From Octopus vulgaris (taxonomy: Eukaryota), in assembly GCA_951406725.2 (NCBI GenBank), contig OX597815.1, forward strand, positions 57,660,001-57,724,000: a stretch of 64,000 nucleotides of DNA. The letters run 5' to 3'. Below are positions 1-14,100 of this stretch, piece by piece. Position 1 is the first letter of the stretch, and each line of letters begins with the position of its first letter. The notes under the pieces were generated by a model, which worked only from the letters and a program-made list of their open reading frames with translations, searched no databases and was not told where the DNA came from. The position numbers and the translations under genes were made by a program.

Positions 1-249
1 TACTCTTTCTTTGTGAGCCATAATGCTTATGTCAAATGTGACATTTAAGTCCCTCCAATGATTTGCCAGGAATGTTGCAGATGTTGTAAGTATGAGAATT
101 ACAGATCAGTGCAAGTGGTATATTTGTAGCCACTTTTCTCCTTTGCCTTGCACCCCGAAACCTGTTAATGCTGGTTGCAACAAAGTTTCTAATACCATTT
201 TGACACAACAATCTCCATTTTGTTCATTCCAAGGCTGTTCACTCAACGG

Positions 250-730
250 TGTTGTAAACTATCTTCATTTCTAAGAGGTTACTCTTCAGCTTGTCCATAT
301 ATCTGAATCATGATCGACCAACATTCCTGTGCCCACTCTCAAGCTGGATGTACATGAGGTATTTTTTCATCACTCATTCTGAAGATATGGCCAATTCTGT
401 GATTGCATATGGAAGCTCTCAATTCCACTAATCTTACATTTGCTAAACAAGTCAACATTAGAAACTCTGTCTTTTAGTGAATAACCGCAGATTATCCTCA
501 GACAGCCTTTGTGGAAGATGTCTCGTTGGTTAATGTGTCTTCTATATGGTATCCACGATTCTGAGCCATACAAGAGAGTAGTAAAAATGGCAGTTTTATA
601 GACCTGTACTTTAGTGTCAAGTTCGATGCCCCTTTCATTCCATAGGTGATGATGGAGTTTGCCAAATGCATTGGTTGCCTTTGCAAGATGATTGATGATT
701 TCATCATCAAGGGAAGTGCTGTTCTGTTGG
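250..730 (-). mobile_element. RTE-clade LINE remnant, region C-terminal to RT
   Basis: ORF 370-738 reads AFGKL...W...I.LDTKVQVYK.AI.TTLLYGSESW...FHKGCLR.I, the typical RTE post-RT motif. Ends approximate. Confidence 0.8.
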
Positions 731-2749
731 TTCTTCATTTGTCTTAATATTTTACATATTTTTCATATATATTTTACATATATTTCGTGAAGTTTTTCTG
801 TGTTTACATTCGTTGCAATGAATGCCTTTCAGTTTAAACCCAGGTCAGGCCAGAATGAGCAATTCTGTATTTTTACTGAAAATGTAAGACAACATTATTT
901 AATGTGTCCTTCATTTTAAAAATGTTAGCATAATGTGAGGGAGATTTGGCTGTTATTTCTAGCAAATTGAACAACCACACAGAGTACCTCATTGGCTGAT
1001 GTGTATAAGTAAACAAAAACTAAAGGAAATGGCTCTTCATCTGTTTCTAGGATGATCATTCCAGTTGTATGATCAATTGAACTGGTTACACATTCAACTG
1101 GTACTTATTTTATCAACCTGCAAAGGATGAATGGCTAAGTCAACCTAGGTGGAATTTGAACTCAGAATGTAAAGCATTTTGCCCAGTGTGCTAATGATTC
1201 TGTCAGCTTGTAGTCTTATGGTTACACATTATATTAATATATAACTGACCGAGTATACCACGGCACATGTACCCACAATATAATCCACAAGTAGATACAT
1301 TACAACCCAGTGTGACATGGCTAGGCCTTTTAATTACAGGTCCAGGATCTAATTATAATGTTATTTGGCTGAGTATTCCATAAATTTATGTGGCCTTAAT
1401 GTAATTCTGGGACAGAATCAGTGTGACACATGATGGACATAGCCAGAGTTTCAATTGAATGTTTCTCAACTATTGAGAAAAATACATTATTTGCTGAATA
1501 AATTGTGGAAAATCACGACAAAATTAAACTAAATATCAGATGAATAATTCTATTGACAGGGAGCAGTGGGTTGCTGTGGGTCACAGGTTTCTTCATTTCT
1601 CCTTATTGGTTACATATCTGGTGTGAGACTAGGTTGGCTCTTTAAATTAGTTGTACTTCATTTGGCAGGGTTCCACACAGTTTCTATTTAACCAGTTTTA
1701 CTCCCAATGCTTTGGCCACCTGACAGATTTACTACTACATCACTCACAGACGTGCGCCATCCTCTGATGCCCTGACATTATGTGATCCTCTCTTTGCCAT
1801 TTCTACTGCTACTATATGTTGGACTCTCCCATCAGTTTTGTCCGACAACGTACTCTTTCTTGCAGCTAGTTGAGCTCACCTCACCTCCTCTCAAATGTTC
1901 CCATCTCACTTGCTTCTTCTCTTCTCATCATCCCTCTAATGTCCACCCCACCCCCACCCCCACCTACAAGGCCTCATATTTATCACTATGCTCAGTCTTT
2001 CCTCCCCAAAATGGTTTCCCTCAGGAAATCCCTCCCTGCTCATATCTTTCCCACAGTGTTGATTTACAAAGGTTCACAAGGAACATCTATGGTATTAATC
2101 ATTAACCTCACTCATCTACATGGTTCGTGAAGGGCATAGGCACTATCCCTTTTTTCAGACCTAACATGGGTAGAAGATAAAACAAAAAAAAATCAAACCA
2201 AAACTAGGCTAAAAGATTCTCGCTCAAGGTGTGATGGAGTTGGATTGAACTCAACACTAACATTATTATGTGAACTTATTAGTCATCTGGTCATGTACCC
2301 CTCCTCCACTCCTGCCTGAGGTACATGTGGTGGGCAAATAATGTAATTGGTAGGTTTGGGTCCAGCTAAGGTAGAAATGATAAAGCTTGTGGAGCTGAAG
2401 TTGGCAGAATGAATCAGAATAGTTATTTGTGAAATGATATGGAAGGAAAAAATGGACAGAGAATTGAGGAGTGGGAAGTGAAAGACAGAAAGTTTAAGGA
2501 AATTTTCCATTATATGAAGCAAAAAAAGATTAAAAACAAATTTAAGGAAACCTGCTCACCTCACTTTTCTTTTTCCATCAGGTATGGAACTTTAAAGGAC
2601 TGTTGTTCCCAAAATTCTGTTCAGAATGGAGTGCCAGACTAAATGCTTTGTTCTATTCAGTTATGTTCTTCTGTATTCTGAGTTCAAATCCCATGATATC
2701 CAACAGATATCAATAAAATAAATAACACTCTTTTTGATTATCTTCATTC

Positions 2750-3810
2750 TTCTGTTGGAAAAGAGGATTATCACATACACTCTTCTTCCCTTTGTTTTTG
2801 TACTAGTGCATTATCAATGCATCTTTGAACTGTTGGGGAACAAATTCAGTTTCCCAGATCAAACAGGTCAATTTGCATAGTTTACTTACAAGTTGTCTGC
2901 AATATGCTTGTACACCTCTTTGGGAATATCATATTGTTCAAGAGCTTTACCATTGAAATATTTTTTGATAGTAGTACTTATCTCTTCCAAAGAAGGATGT
3001 TCCACTAGTTCTTCAATTATAGATCACTGGGAATTTTGTTGATTATATCAGCATTGATAGTGGATTCTGGACTTGGTACAGATTTAAAGTGTTCAGCTCA
3101 TCTTTTCAGAATTTCATCTTTCTTGCTTAAGAGTTTTGTTCCATCATTAAAGAGAATACATTCTATACTACCTTTTTTGGCCCAAACACATTTTTCAGAA
3201 TAGCCTATTCCAATTCTTGGGCTTTTTTGTCCACCAAATGTTTCATCACATGCAATTTTCTGCATAGTTTTTTAGAGGTGATGTATAGGAATCTGGATGT
3301 TGGCGAGTTTTTGTCTGAGATCCATGTCTTGTGTCTCTTGTGCAAAGTTTCTAGGAGAGGTTTAATTTGAGAATTGTTCTTGGTGTTTGTGTTTCACAAA
3401 TCCTACAACTACTTCAGCAGATGATTTGATGCTGTCACAACACTTCATGTGTTCCTCTATTGCTGCAAGTTTTGAATTTAAATGCATTTCAAAATTTTTT
3501 GTCATTTCTGAGTTTTTTAAAGAAGCAACATTTATTCTCAGATATGAACTGGATTTCAGTGGCCTCTTTTCATATGGTTTAACAAATACCTTGCTGTGAA
3601 CCATTCTGTGATCCAAGTAACACTTGGAAGATTTGTGAGTTCTGGTGAATCTGTAATCATTGCAACCCTTGTTCTTAGTTATAACATAGTCCAGCATGTA
3701 CCAGTGACCAGGTCAGGGATGCTTCCAAGTGTTTTTGTATTCAGCTACCTCCCTAAACACTGTATTTGGTGTAGTTCCGGTCCCATTCATCTAGAGGTCA
3801 TGTGCATGTA
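2750..3810 (-). mobile_element. Degraded RTE-clade LINE (end of endonuclease to start of RT)
   Basis: ORF 3362-3697 has MLDYVI...DHRMV (APE endonuclease C-terminal motifs); HP...HW.MLDY lies just upstream. Many frameshifts. Probably the same element as 250-730. Confidence 0.65.
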
Positions 3811-3939
3811 GAGAAGAAGCCTCACCAGCCAGCAGAAGTCAAATGCCACTCAAGGAGTAGATTGTTGGTTGATACCAGTTTCTTGGGAAATCAATTAAAG
3901 GCAGAAAGGAGAGAGTGGTGGAATTATCAAGCGAGGTGA

Positions 3940-5760
3940 CACTACTGTGGAGAGATAAACTGAATTTTCCAATCATTTCCAAGCTCGAAAATGTGCTTCA
4001 TTAGTATGACATGCACCAAGGAAAGAAAATTCGAGCCATTTAAAGAACTGTTCAATAGCACCAAAGTCCACAGTGAATGACTCAATGCTGACAACAAAAT
4101 ACTCTACCCCATCCAATTCCAAAGCAAGGTCAAAGTGGGTTTGACAAGCAAAGCTGCAAGCAAGCACACTATCCATCCTTTCAAGAGAAGATGCTCTGAT
4201 GCTGAAACCTCCCATTCTTTATCAAACTCAACAGCCCTGGATACTGATAGTGATTCTGAAGAAGATTCATGAGTACAACTATGGTGAAAATGACAGAGTT
4301 GATCAAAATGATAGTGATAGTGATGACACTTATTTTTCCACAAGAAGGCACAACAAATCTGCAATTGGTATGAGATTTGTAACTGGAACAAACGTCTCTA
4401 CAAACAAAGCTGTGAAAATCTGCAAACAATTATCAGAGGAGGGCTGAGACATCCCAGCTCCTAGTCAGCAAGGTATTTACAATGCACTGTTCAAGAAAGC
4501 TGGTGAAATGAAGAAAAACTTGATCGATATGCTATGCAATCAGAAATGGAGCTTGCGTTTCGATGGTAAACATTGACGGAAATGAATATCAAGTGGTTGT
4601 CATCAAGAATGAAACAAGTGAAATCAAGCTGGCTGCTCTGAAGCTGTGACGGCAAGGCTGAGATCATTGCAGAAGGTTTGAAAAGCATCTTGGATGAATT
4701 TCACTTGTGGGGGTGCAATCTCAATGATTATTGCTGATATGATGTGTGTGAATACAAGAAGAAAGAGTGGGGTAGTGGTTAGACTACAGAGAATGTTCTT
4801 GAGCAAAACCTATGACAAGCCACAATATGTGAGCTGTCAACACTATGTCTTTGACAGAATCCTGCACATTGTTATGGATGAGGAGCTAGCAGGCGCAAGC
4901 AATTCACACAACATCAAATATTTTCTTGTCAAAGAACTCATGATAAGTTATGAAGCACCCCAAGGTTCCTTCCAGAATGGAACTCATCATTGAAGACCAA
5001 GCTAGTTGGAGAGAAGATCTGAAGTTTCTGTTCTGCTTAACCCATGCCTTCAGATTCTTCCACAAAAAGGGAGACATACTTTACATCAAGTTTCAGAAAA
5101 TTCCAAATATCAGTAATGCCAGATGGAATTCGCAAGCAATCTTAGCCCTTCTTGCACTTTTCCTCATGCCACATATGAGAGATTGCAAATGGTCTGCCAG
5201 TTCATCTCATATGACTGGGCAGATCACTGATTCAATGACCAAATGTATAGAGCTGAATATTATGCAGAGCTATCGCAAGCCTTACTAACGTACAAGACTC
5301 CTTTGAAATGCTTGACAAATCATTGGAAAGAAGAGCCCTCAAAACTAAACATCAGCAGAAGCAATCAATGTTATGAGCAAGAAATTAAGGTCATACATGA
5401 ACTACATGTCACATACAAGAGCAAAGCCAACTTACCATTGTGTTTCATTCTCTTTATTAGACTTTCCGCAACTTTCTATTGACTAATTTGACTTTATATG
5501 ACTTAACTTCTTTTTATTGTTCTGGAATGCAAAATACAGTTCTTTTAACAGTTATGGATTAAACGTTTTGGATCTTTGCCCCTTTTTTGTTTATCATTTT
5601 ATCAGGGTTCTAGTTTTTGGGAATCCCCCCAAATGCAACCAAGTATAAAAATTTCAAAGTTAGTCATGGGTGAACTTTTTTGATCGGACAATTCATCAGA
5701 ATATGATTTAGGACTATGGAGTTACAAAAAAGTTTCATCTGTAGTGCACACAGCACAGTG
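3940..5760 (+). mobile_element. Degraded DDE DNA transposon (hAT-related, possibly hATm-like)
   Basis: Fragmented + strand translation: WSLRFDGK, IIAD..CVNT..KSGVV, CQH..DRIL, SNARWNS, SNQCYE..IK. Multiple stops; ends near CACAGTG at 5760. Subfamily assignment is from recall only. Confidence 0.5.
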
Positions 5761-5899
5761 AGATTCCGTGACCTGGTTTTGGGTAGGTGTTCTGCTTGAT
5801 ATGCACAGGTCTTTTTAAGCATGGCAGAGCACCAACCCTCCCGATCCATTGTCAAGTCCTCTGTAAGGTCAGCTTTCACAACCTCATTCCATACTACTT

Positions 5900-8650
5900 G
5901 GCAAAGATCTCTAATAACATTTACTAAAATATTTGAAGATGATGTAGTACTACTATTTAGTTCATCATCTTTATGAAACAAACAATTAGTATTGCATCAT
6001 CTTTGAAGAATGCAATTGAAAGGACACAAGAACTCCATCCTACAATGGTTTACATCAACAGCTTGAACCTTCTCATTTTGCAAGTAGAACTTGTGATTCA
6101 GCTCTTTCATCATTTCTATTGTTCATGAAGCCAAATCTGGAAATAATCCAAATATAGACAAATGTCAAAGGAACTCAGATCTATAAAGATAAGTGGATAG
6201 AAATAGATTCTGCTGAATTTAGAGAGTTTATTAGATTGATTACACTGGTCAACAAAATTCAAACATTTTGCTGTCCCATGAACTAAAGAAAGTGAACTTT
6301 ATCATACTTTTAATGCAGATTACAAATCTGTTTTTAGAATTTTTCTATTGGGCATGGTTTTTGTGTGACAGAGTAATTAAATTATTCAATAAATGTACTA
6401 TATTAATACAGAAATAAGGCTGACAATTATGATTGGTTAGCAGAATTAATGAAAAACTCTGGTCCCACAAACAAAAGTAGGTTAACTTAATAGCATTTTA
6501 TCTGTAGAATTCAAGTACGTTTTCAAATTTTTAAGTCATAGCGTTTCTGTGATAGCATATGTAAATTGTTAAACAATTGTATTTCATGAATTCAAAAATC
6601 AGGCCGATAATACAAGGAAACTTACTTTAAAATGTAGAGTATGATTTTCAGCTGTATTTAGTTTCTGGAACATCCCTTTTTAATGACCAAAAATAATCAG
6701 CCAACATAGAAGAGCTCCACTTCCCTTGGTACTGAGTTTCCATGTTCAGAACGTCCTGCTAAAACCTTTCACTGCGCTCATCACTGACAGCCCCAAAATT
6801 TGCTGGGAAAAAGTCCATGTGAGAATTCAGAAGTAGATTTTAGGCTCATATTGCATCCTATGGCATTGTATGATATCAGTAGCTCTTTCATAAAGTCAGA
6901 ATAGTTCTCTGCTTTATGATTCCCCCAAAACTCTCTGCATATTTTCTTATATGATAGTCATGCAGCTTTTTCAACATTACTGAGCTCTTCATCAAACTTT
7001 TGGTCTCTTACCAGCTCCCTAATCTGTGGTCCAACAAAAATACCCTCCTTGATTTTTGCTTCTCTTATTCTTGAAAATTTATTTCCCAAATACATGAATC
7101 CCTTGCCAGTTCTATTCATAACTTTGATGAAATTCTTCATCAACCCTTGCTTAATATGCAAAGGAGGCAGATAAATTTTCTTAGAATCAACAAGGGATGA
7201 ATTGACGACATTCTTTTGTCCAGGAGTCAGAAATCGTTTTCAGCCACACATTCTTTTCATAATGATTTTTCTTATCCCAACTGTCCCACTTGCAGAGAAA
7301 GCAAGAAACTTGGTGTAACCCAGCTGCATTCCAAGTAAAAGTGCCATAATCTTTAGGTTACCACAAATATTCCACTTTTGTTCCTCATACTTAATTTTTT
7401 GCAACAGAAGCTTCATACTCTCATATGTTTCCTTCATGTTAGCTGCATGGGCCAGAGGAACAGAAGGAAACTTATTTCCATTGTAGAGTAAAACTGCTTT
7501 CAAGCTTACTTTTGAGGAGTTAATAAACAAACGCTATTCAGTCATGCTATATTTGTGGTTAAGTTCCTCCATAACAGAATATACATCATTACAAAACATC
7601 ACACCATCCTCGAGTGAGAAAAAAATTTGAAAAATCGCAATGCTGAGCAAGATAAAAACTTTGTTCTCTTTCCAGCCCTTTAACCTGGAACCAAGAAGTT
7701 CAGTTTGCTTTTTCGACAAGTTTAAATCGTTCAGATCTCTCTGACTCAACAAATGTGGTTCACTTGAAGAACAGTTAGTCTCAAAGTCCATGTCTTCTGT
7801 TTCTTTCTCCACATCTTCATCACTTGATGTCGTCACCAAGTGTCAGGTCAGGTACAGATAGGTGTTGACTGTAAAGTACTGGTCTCAAATAGATTGTAAA
7901 TTAGGATATTTTACAGTATACTCGGATTTTTTTGATGTTATACCTTGTATATTCATCATGCAGGAGTAGCAATCTGACTCTCTCCAAATCATAGGGATGG
8001 CAAAAGGCATATGGCGTGAACTTTTGGCTCATGCAGTGAGAAACCTGACAAGTTACAACACATATAAGAGACCTAGCTTTTATCCTGGTCACCCATTTTG
8101 CAATCAAAATAATGCTTATAGCACGTTTTAATTGCGTGAATCGCCATCTTTTTGACTTGAATGTTAAGTCACCACAAATATAGCAAATGTTGTTTGTGAT
8201 GTTTACTCATTATGAATGTAAATGGAATATGTGAACTTAGTACAGAACTACATGCCTACACTTTAAGCACAGTACTGATAAAGCATTGGTGATTCATCGA
8301 CTCGGTGTTGTCAGGCTTCGGTGACTCATTGATTCAGATAGCTAGATTAATGATTTCATTAGATTAATTCTATTCATAGACATTTAAATTAGGAGTACTT
8401 CTTAAACCATTAGCATCACATTTCAACAGCTTAACTGAAATTTAGCCCATGTTCGTGGAATAGAGAAACTGTGGGTAATACAGATAATTTGACATTATTT
8501 TTGAAGTCTGCATGCAAAAACATAAGATACAGGCATTCTTTTTCTTGGGACAAATCCTTTGTTGACCAGTGTTATTCTTATCATAGTTTACAAATCCAAG
8601 CATGAAAAATTACTCACCTTTGGAGTTTTGAAGACAGACACCCCTTTTTC
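5900..8650 (+). mobile_element. piggyBac transposase relic split by the Chapaev3 insertion (pieces ~5900-6242 and 8572-~8650)
   Basis: KWIEIDSAEFREFIRLI before 6243 continues as ILIIVYKSKHE..THLWSFEDRHPFF after 8571, matching the piggyBac W......E...F.GL....G......W motif. Confidence 0.6.
6243..8571 (-). mobile_element. Chapaev3 (CMC superfamily) DNA transposon, both ends present, transposase decayed
   Basis: 14-bp TIRs CACTGGTCAACAAA (from 6243) and TTTGTTGACCAGTG (to 8571); 3-bp TSD TTA on both sides. Minus-strand motifs FINSSKVSLKAVLL.NGNKFPSVP, LHIK.GLMKNF, EAKIKEGIFVGPQIR. Confidence 0.85.
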
Positions 8651-10396
8651 ACACACACACATATAAATGCATAAATGTACATATAACTTTATATATGAAT
8701 ACATATATGCACATAAGTGCACAATAGGTATACATAGTACTAAAATATGCATAAAGTAAACACATGCAGACAAATATATTAATATAACAAATTAAAAAAA
8801 TAATAACATACAGAACATTAAAGAAATCAATGAAGAGACAAAAGAAACAGTAAGATGATACATGTTACCTTTATAAGGTAACAGGTCATTTCACAGACGC
8901 TAAACTATAAATTTCACAGGGTACAACCTTAAAGTTGGCACAACTAAATTGACACTACTACAATGCAGAAAATTTCTGTCTCACTATTGACTAAAAATAT
9001 TTTTAAGCCTCTGTAACTTTTTCCTCAAATTTTTTCTCCACAAGATCATGACTCCACAGTAATGAGAGTGGAAAACTACATCAATATAACCGATTTTCAG
9101 ATTTTTTACTTCCTTTCAAAAAATACAGATTCTGTGAATCAATTTAACTAAATCCTCACACTGTACTATCATACGCATACATGCCTAAGATATCTTTTGC
9201 AGACTGGTGTGGTCATCTCTGAAAAATTAAAAACATGCAGTTTTCTCTTTAATTTATTACCTAGAGAACTATATCTTCAAGCTTCCTCACATTTCTCTAT
9301 CCCTCTTCTTCTCTCCCTCTCTATTTTTCCAAGCTTGCCCTTTTTTCTTCGCTAGATTAATTCTTTTCTAACATAGCAATGTATTATTATCTGCCTAAGA
9401 TATTTTTTGCAGACTAGTGTGGTCATCTCTGAACAAAGAAACATAAGTATTATTTGATCCTTTCACCTGCACAATTTTCATTAAGAAAAAAAAAAACTCA
9501 GATTTTTTGCATGGAATCAAGTACCCATATTTTTGTTCGGAAAAAAATGGGGTGGAAAACCGGGGCCCCACCACCACCATATCCCAGAGTCATTGGAAAT
9601 TTTTTTTTTCATTGAATGAATTCTGGTGACCTAATGTGCTACAAAACTCTTTTTTGGGTCTGGAAAACAGGGTGGGTGGAGTGGAAACCTTGGAAATTTC
9701 ATTTCCACTCCCATTTTCAAATACTTTTTGCTATTTCTTTCTTTACCAATAATTTTAGATAATATTTTGTAAAAATACATTTTCAAGGGAGTGTGGATTA
9801 CATTAGATTAAGTCGTTAGAGTTTTTGCATGTGGGTGTGAAATGAAGTAAATGCATATTATGACAAAATATCTTTTTCCTACCTCTTAAAATCACTAGAT
9901 ATAATATCTCTTATGATAAAAGGCAGATTTTCTCTGCCTCTCACTCTTCAATTGGAATTTACCTATGATTTTTCGAAGTAGATTCGATTGGGTCATGGCA
10001 TATAAAGTTTTTTCAATTTGACCCCCAATTAAGCAAAAATTCGAGAAAACTAAATATTTTACGATTTGCCTCTCTAATTTCAATTGCTTCACTCCTTCTA
10101 TTACCACACTTTCTCCTACTTTCTCTTTGCAAGTGTACCTTCAACCACTACTAAAAATAAATACACAGGAAACAGAAACAAATAAATACATAACGATTTA
10201 CTCCTCACACAATTTCTTCAATTGGAATTTACCTATGATTTTTCAAAGTACATTCCATTCTATATTTTATAAATTAAAATTGGTTTTTAATTTACTTTCT
10301 GTCGTTAAGTTTTGGTAGTATTAATTTGCGAGCGTACTTCAGTTGTCAATTGTTGAAAGAAAGAAATTGTAAGCTAAGAAGGTGTGTGTGTGTATG

Positions 10397-10452
<56 letters not shown>

Positions 10453-10561
10453 AAGTGAAGGATAAAAATATGGCAAGAAGTGGACAGATGTACATATATA
10501 CATACATACATACATGTGTGTGCGTGTGTGTGTATGTATGTGTATTAATGTGTGTGTGTTA

Positions 10562-10952
10562 TCTCTCTCTATATAAAGCTGAAGTTGTCTGTGTGCGCCA
10601 GGTTTGGTAGCCTTCAACTAACACTATCTCCTCCGAGACTCTGCGGCGCAAGTTGACCAAAATTGAGAGTATGATAGAAGAAGGGTTGCTCTTCCTTCCG
10701 TAGAAGATAAAATTCAAATCGGACCATGTTAACACCAAAACTTATTTACATCAAAAAGGTGCTTTTTTCTATGAAAATCCCTATTTTTTACGATTTTTTC
10801 ACTGCTGTGTCGCCACTTTTCAGTGTATTTCAACCAGAAAAATGTTCACTTGAAGAGAATAACAAGCTACATAATGCAAAATTTTTACTTTTCAAAAATT
10901 CCAATTCCAGCGAGTCGAAACAAATTCGAGCAACGCCGGGCGATACTGCTAG
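10562..10952 (+). mobile_element. Short non-autonomous Helitron
   Basis: Starts A|TC(TC)nTATATAAAGCTG, ends with an imperfect GC hairpin (TTCGAGCAACGCCGGG) followed by TGCTAG|T. No TSD. Confidence 0.7.
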
Positions 10953-11149
10953 TATATAATAATCCCAGTTTGCAGAATAGATTTGAAAAACTAAAGCATT
11001 TTCCCTTTGCAATTTTTGGTACTGAAATGAGTTTCATTTTTGTGGGGGAGGGAGAAAGAAAGAGAGAGAGGGGGGAGAGAGAGTGAGTGAGAGAAAGAGA
11101 GAGAGAGAAAGAGAGTGAGTGACTCACTCTCTCTCTCCCTCCCTCCCTC

Positions 11150-14100
11150 TCTGGCTGTGTTGTGTGCTCAGTGGTTAGACCTTAGAAGGTCTGGAACCAA
11201 CAGAATTTCTTTATTCCCTTATAAAAAGGTTTACATAGATGGGACACAACAAAGACAGACAAAAGACATGTAGGGGACGGACATACATTCTTACACATAT
11301 GATTTAAAAACGAATGAAGTTACAATTACAAATGAAAAATTAAAAATATAAATGGCGAATGATAAATTAGTTTCGGATTAATGATTTAACCTGCTGGTCA
11401 TTTTTTCCTTTTTTGGTCACCTTTTCCTTATCCTTTTATTTTTTGACCGACCATGCCAGCATGGCCCCATTCAATCTTATCTTTCTTACAACTGCCATCC
11501 ATCTTTTTCAAACATGCTTTACGACAGGCTCCTCCTCTCCAGACAGATCTTACTAGAGAGGTGGGCGATGAAGTAATCCACCAGCCCACGTCCGGAGATG
11601 AATTGGCCTATCGCAATCCCTTTCGCATAAGTCTTCCATACCGTCTCTTTCAGTATGGCTACTATGCAGAGAAATACTGCCTTCTTTCCATTGGTGAACG
11701 AAGAAGGTGGTACAATCTTTATCATGGACTCAGTCGAGAGCCGTACTCTTTCCGTCTCTGACACCAGCTGTTCGGCACAGGCTATCAACCCCCTCAACTC
11801 CTCACAGTGTATGAAGGCATGCGCAACCATTTCACTGGCACGCCCCGCACCTCGGACACGTGCTGAAGGTGTCATAACCATGCCTTGACAACCTCTCCTG
11901 AACTGGTAAGGCCGATCGGTAGTACAACCAAGCCAAGGATTTCTGGAAGTTATCCAAAAATCTCGGCCCGAAGGTTCTCCCGAACAGGCTGACAAGCTGC
12001 CTCTCGTCAAAGCCTAGAGTCTCCCCCAGGACATTATTGGACTTATGCTCTACCAACCCACTATAAAAATCCACTGTGGTAATCCTGCTGCCGGCGTTGC
12101 TCACCCGAGAGAGTGAGTCAGTGCTTGCTTGCACTCTCTCTGCCATTCCCCGGACTTGGGTCTCCGTTTGATCCATGTACCTAAGTCTGCAAGGGACTTT
12201 AAATCTGGAAAAAACTGCTTGGCATACCTTGACCACACCTGCTCACCATCCAGGTAACACTAGAGGTGCCTCAGCCTCAGCGCATACTTGTGCATCATCA
12301 GCCAGGGCATCCCCAGCCCACCCGTTAACGGTTTTAAACAGCAGAAGTGGCATTTTACTTTTCCACACAAAGTGAAAAAGGATCCGTTCCAACTTGCTTA
12401 GCCACAAACCGTGGCAAGGCACAACGGTTAGGCGGTAGTTTACCACGGATGCTATAAACACCTGTGCAACCTCCGCCCTTCCCAACAAGGATAACTTCCT
12501 CCCAAACCAAGTCTGGATTATGGCCGTCATCTTGTTCGCCACCTCACTCCAGTTCTTCTCCACCTGGAGGTCCGGTCCAAACCAGACCCTGAGTATTTTA
12601 ACCGGGCCCTTCGTCTAGTGCCCAACAATGCTGTTGGGAGGCATCAATTTGCCCCACCAGGTGCCGAGTTGCAAGCCGACTGATTTTTCCTGGTTAATTT
12701 TAGCTCCTGCTACCATCTTGTATCTTCTGATGGCGTCTTCTACACAAGGTAGCTGCCCTTCATCAGACATGGTGATGGTGACGTCATCCGCATATGCCGT
12801 CACACTTCTTCCGTAACACAGATCACGCGGGTCCACCCCCGTGTCCCTCAGCCTCCACAGTAGTGGCTCAAGAGCCAACACATACAGTAGTGGGGACAGG
12901 GGGCAGTCCTGGTGAACCGAACACTCGATCGCAAAGGGGTTCAAAAAGAACCCATTCACCCAGACTACAGATTCGATATTGCTATTACAGGGCTTTGATC
13001 CAGCTCCTGAAGGTCGGGGCCAATCTGACCACTTGAAGGACTGCTACCATATACTCGTGGTCCACCCTATTGAATGCCTTAGACTGGTCTAGATTCACCA
13101 GTGCCCTACCCTTGCCAGGAATTTTACCCACCCACTCTATTTGTAGTGAATGAAGTGAAGGTTGTCGTGTATCGTCCTTCCTGGGATGGCACATGTCCGT
13201 GCCTCTCCAACCAGGTTGCCCACAATAATCCTCACTCTCTTAGCCAACACCATGGCCAAAATCTTTAACTCTGTGTTTAGCAGAGTTATGGGCCAGAAGT
13301 TATTAATATTATCCCCCTTGCTCAGGTCCTTCCCGATCAGTGTCAGCACTCCTCAGCTCACAGCCTGGGAATTTTCCCATTCTGCTGCCAATTCATGTAC
13401 ACACTGGCCAGTACGTTCCCAAACAAGTCTGGCATACTACTATAAAATTTGTTAGGTAGACCATCCAGTCCCAGCGATATGTCCCCAGGGCACTCAGAAA
13501 GCACCTCTATGACCTCCTTGGCTGTGATCTGTCCTTCACAGTGCTCAGCATCGCATGCCAAAGACGTGGGCCGCTGGCCAGGAAACCCCATAGTCTACCG
13601 TCCCATCCCTCCCGAACAACACGGCGAAGTGCCTCGCATATCTCTTCCTGTCCGTGCTCATTTACCACAGACCCAATTGTAGCATCTATTCCACATAGGG
13701 TTTCATCCGAGTGGGCCCATCCAGCAACATTAATACCTTCATGGCCCATTGCACGAATTCTAGCTCGGACTCTGCATCCTTCGTGTTTGGCATTGAGGTG
13801 TTGGTCTAATGCCACTCTTGCTGCCAACACTTGTGAAGCTGAGCCCGTTCTCAATACCTCTTCTAATGCCTTAACTAATTCCCTTTTTACTCTAGTCTGC
13901 TCTAGGCTTAACTGTTTGCTAAATCTAATAGACTCAATTCGAAAAAGGCTCTTTTGAGGGCACTCCCCCACTGCTTGTTGATCGCAGAGCTGGTTAGTGC
14001 CCGCTTAACTAACACCTTAATCTGGCTACGGTAAGCTTCGCAATCCAATAATGTTTTGTTCAGCTTCCAATAGCCAGATCCCTGTCTATGAACCTTATCT

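Noticed and set aside
1070-1215. Probable tRNA-derived SINE fragments (also ~2660, 24890-24925, 31300-31450, 58400-58560)
   Set aside because: Too degraded to fix boundaries or family without a repeat library, so not listed as features.
8612-8650. Perfect minus-strand donor AAG|GTGAGT
   Set aside because: It lies inside the piggyBac relic and has no credible acceptor upstream (a CA microsatellite).
9182-9433. ~42-bp direct repeat (9182 and 9392) and a ~29-bp repeat (9946 and 10215)
   Set aside because: Real duplications, but no termini, ORF or structure to assign; probably decayed repeat DNA.
11152-11200. tRNA-like A-box (GCTCAGTGGTTAGA) suggesting a tRNA gene or tRNA-targeted insertion
   Set aside because: No B-box or cloverleaf; better explained as the LINE 3' terminal hairpin.
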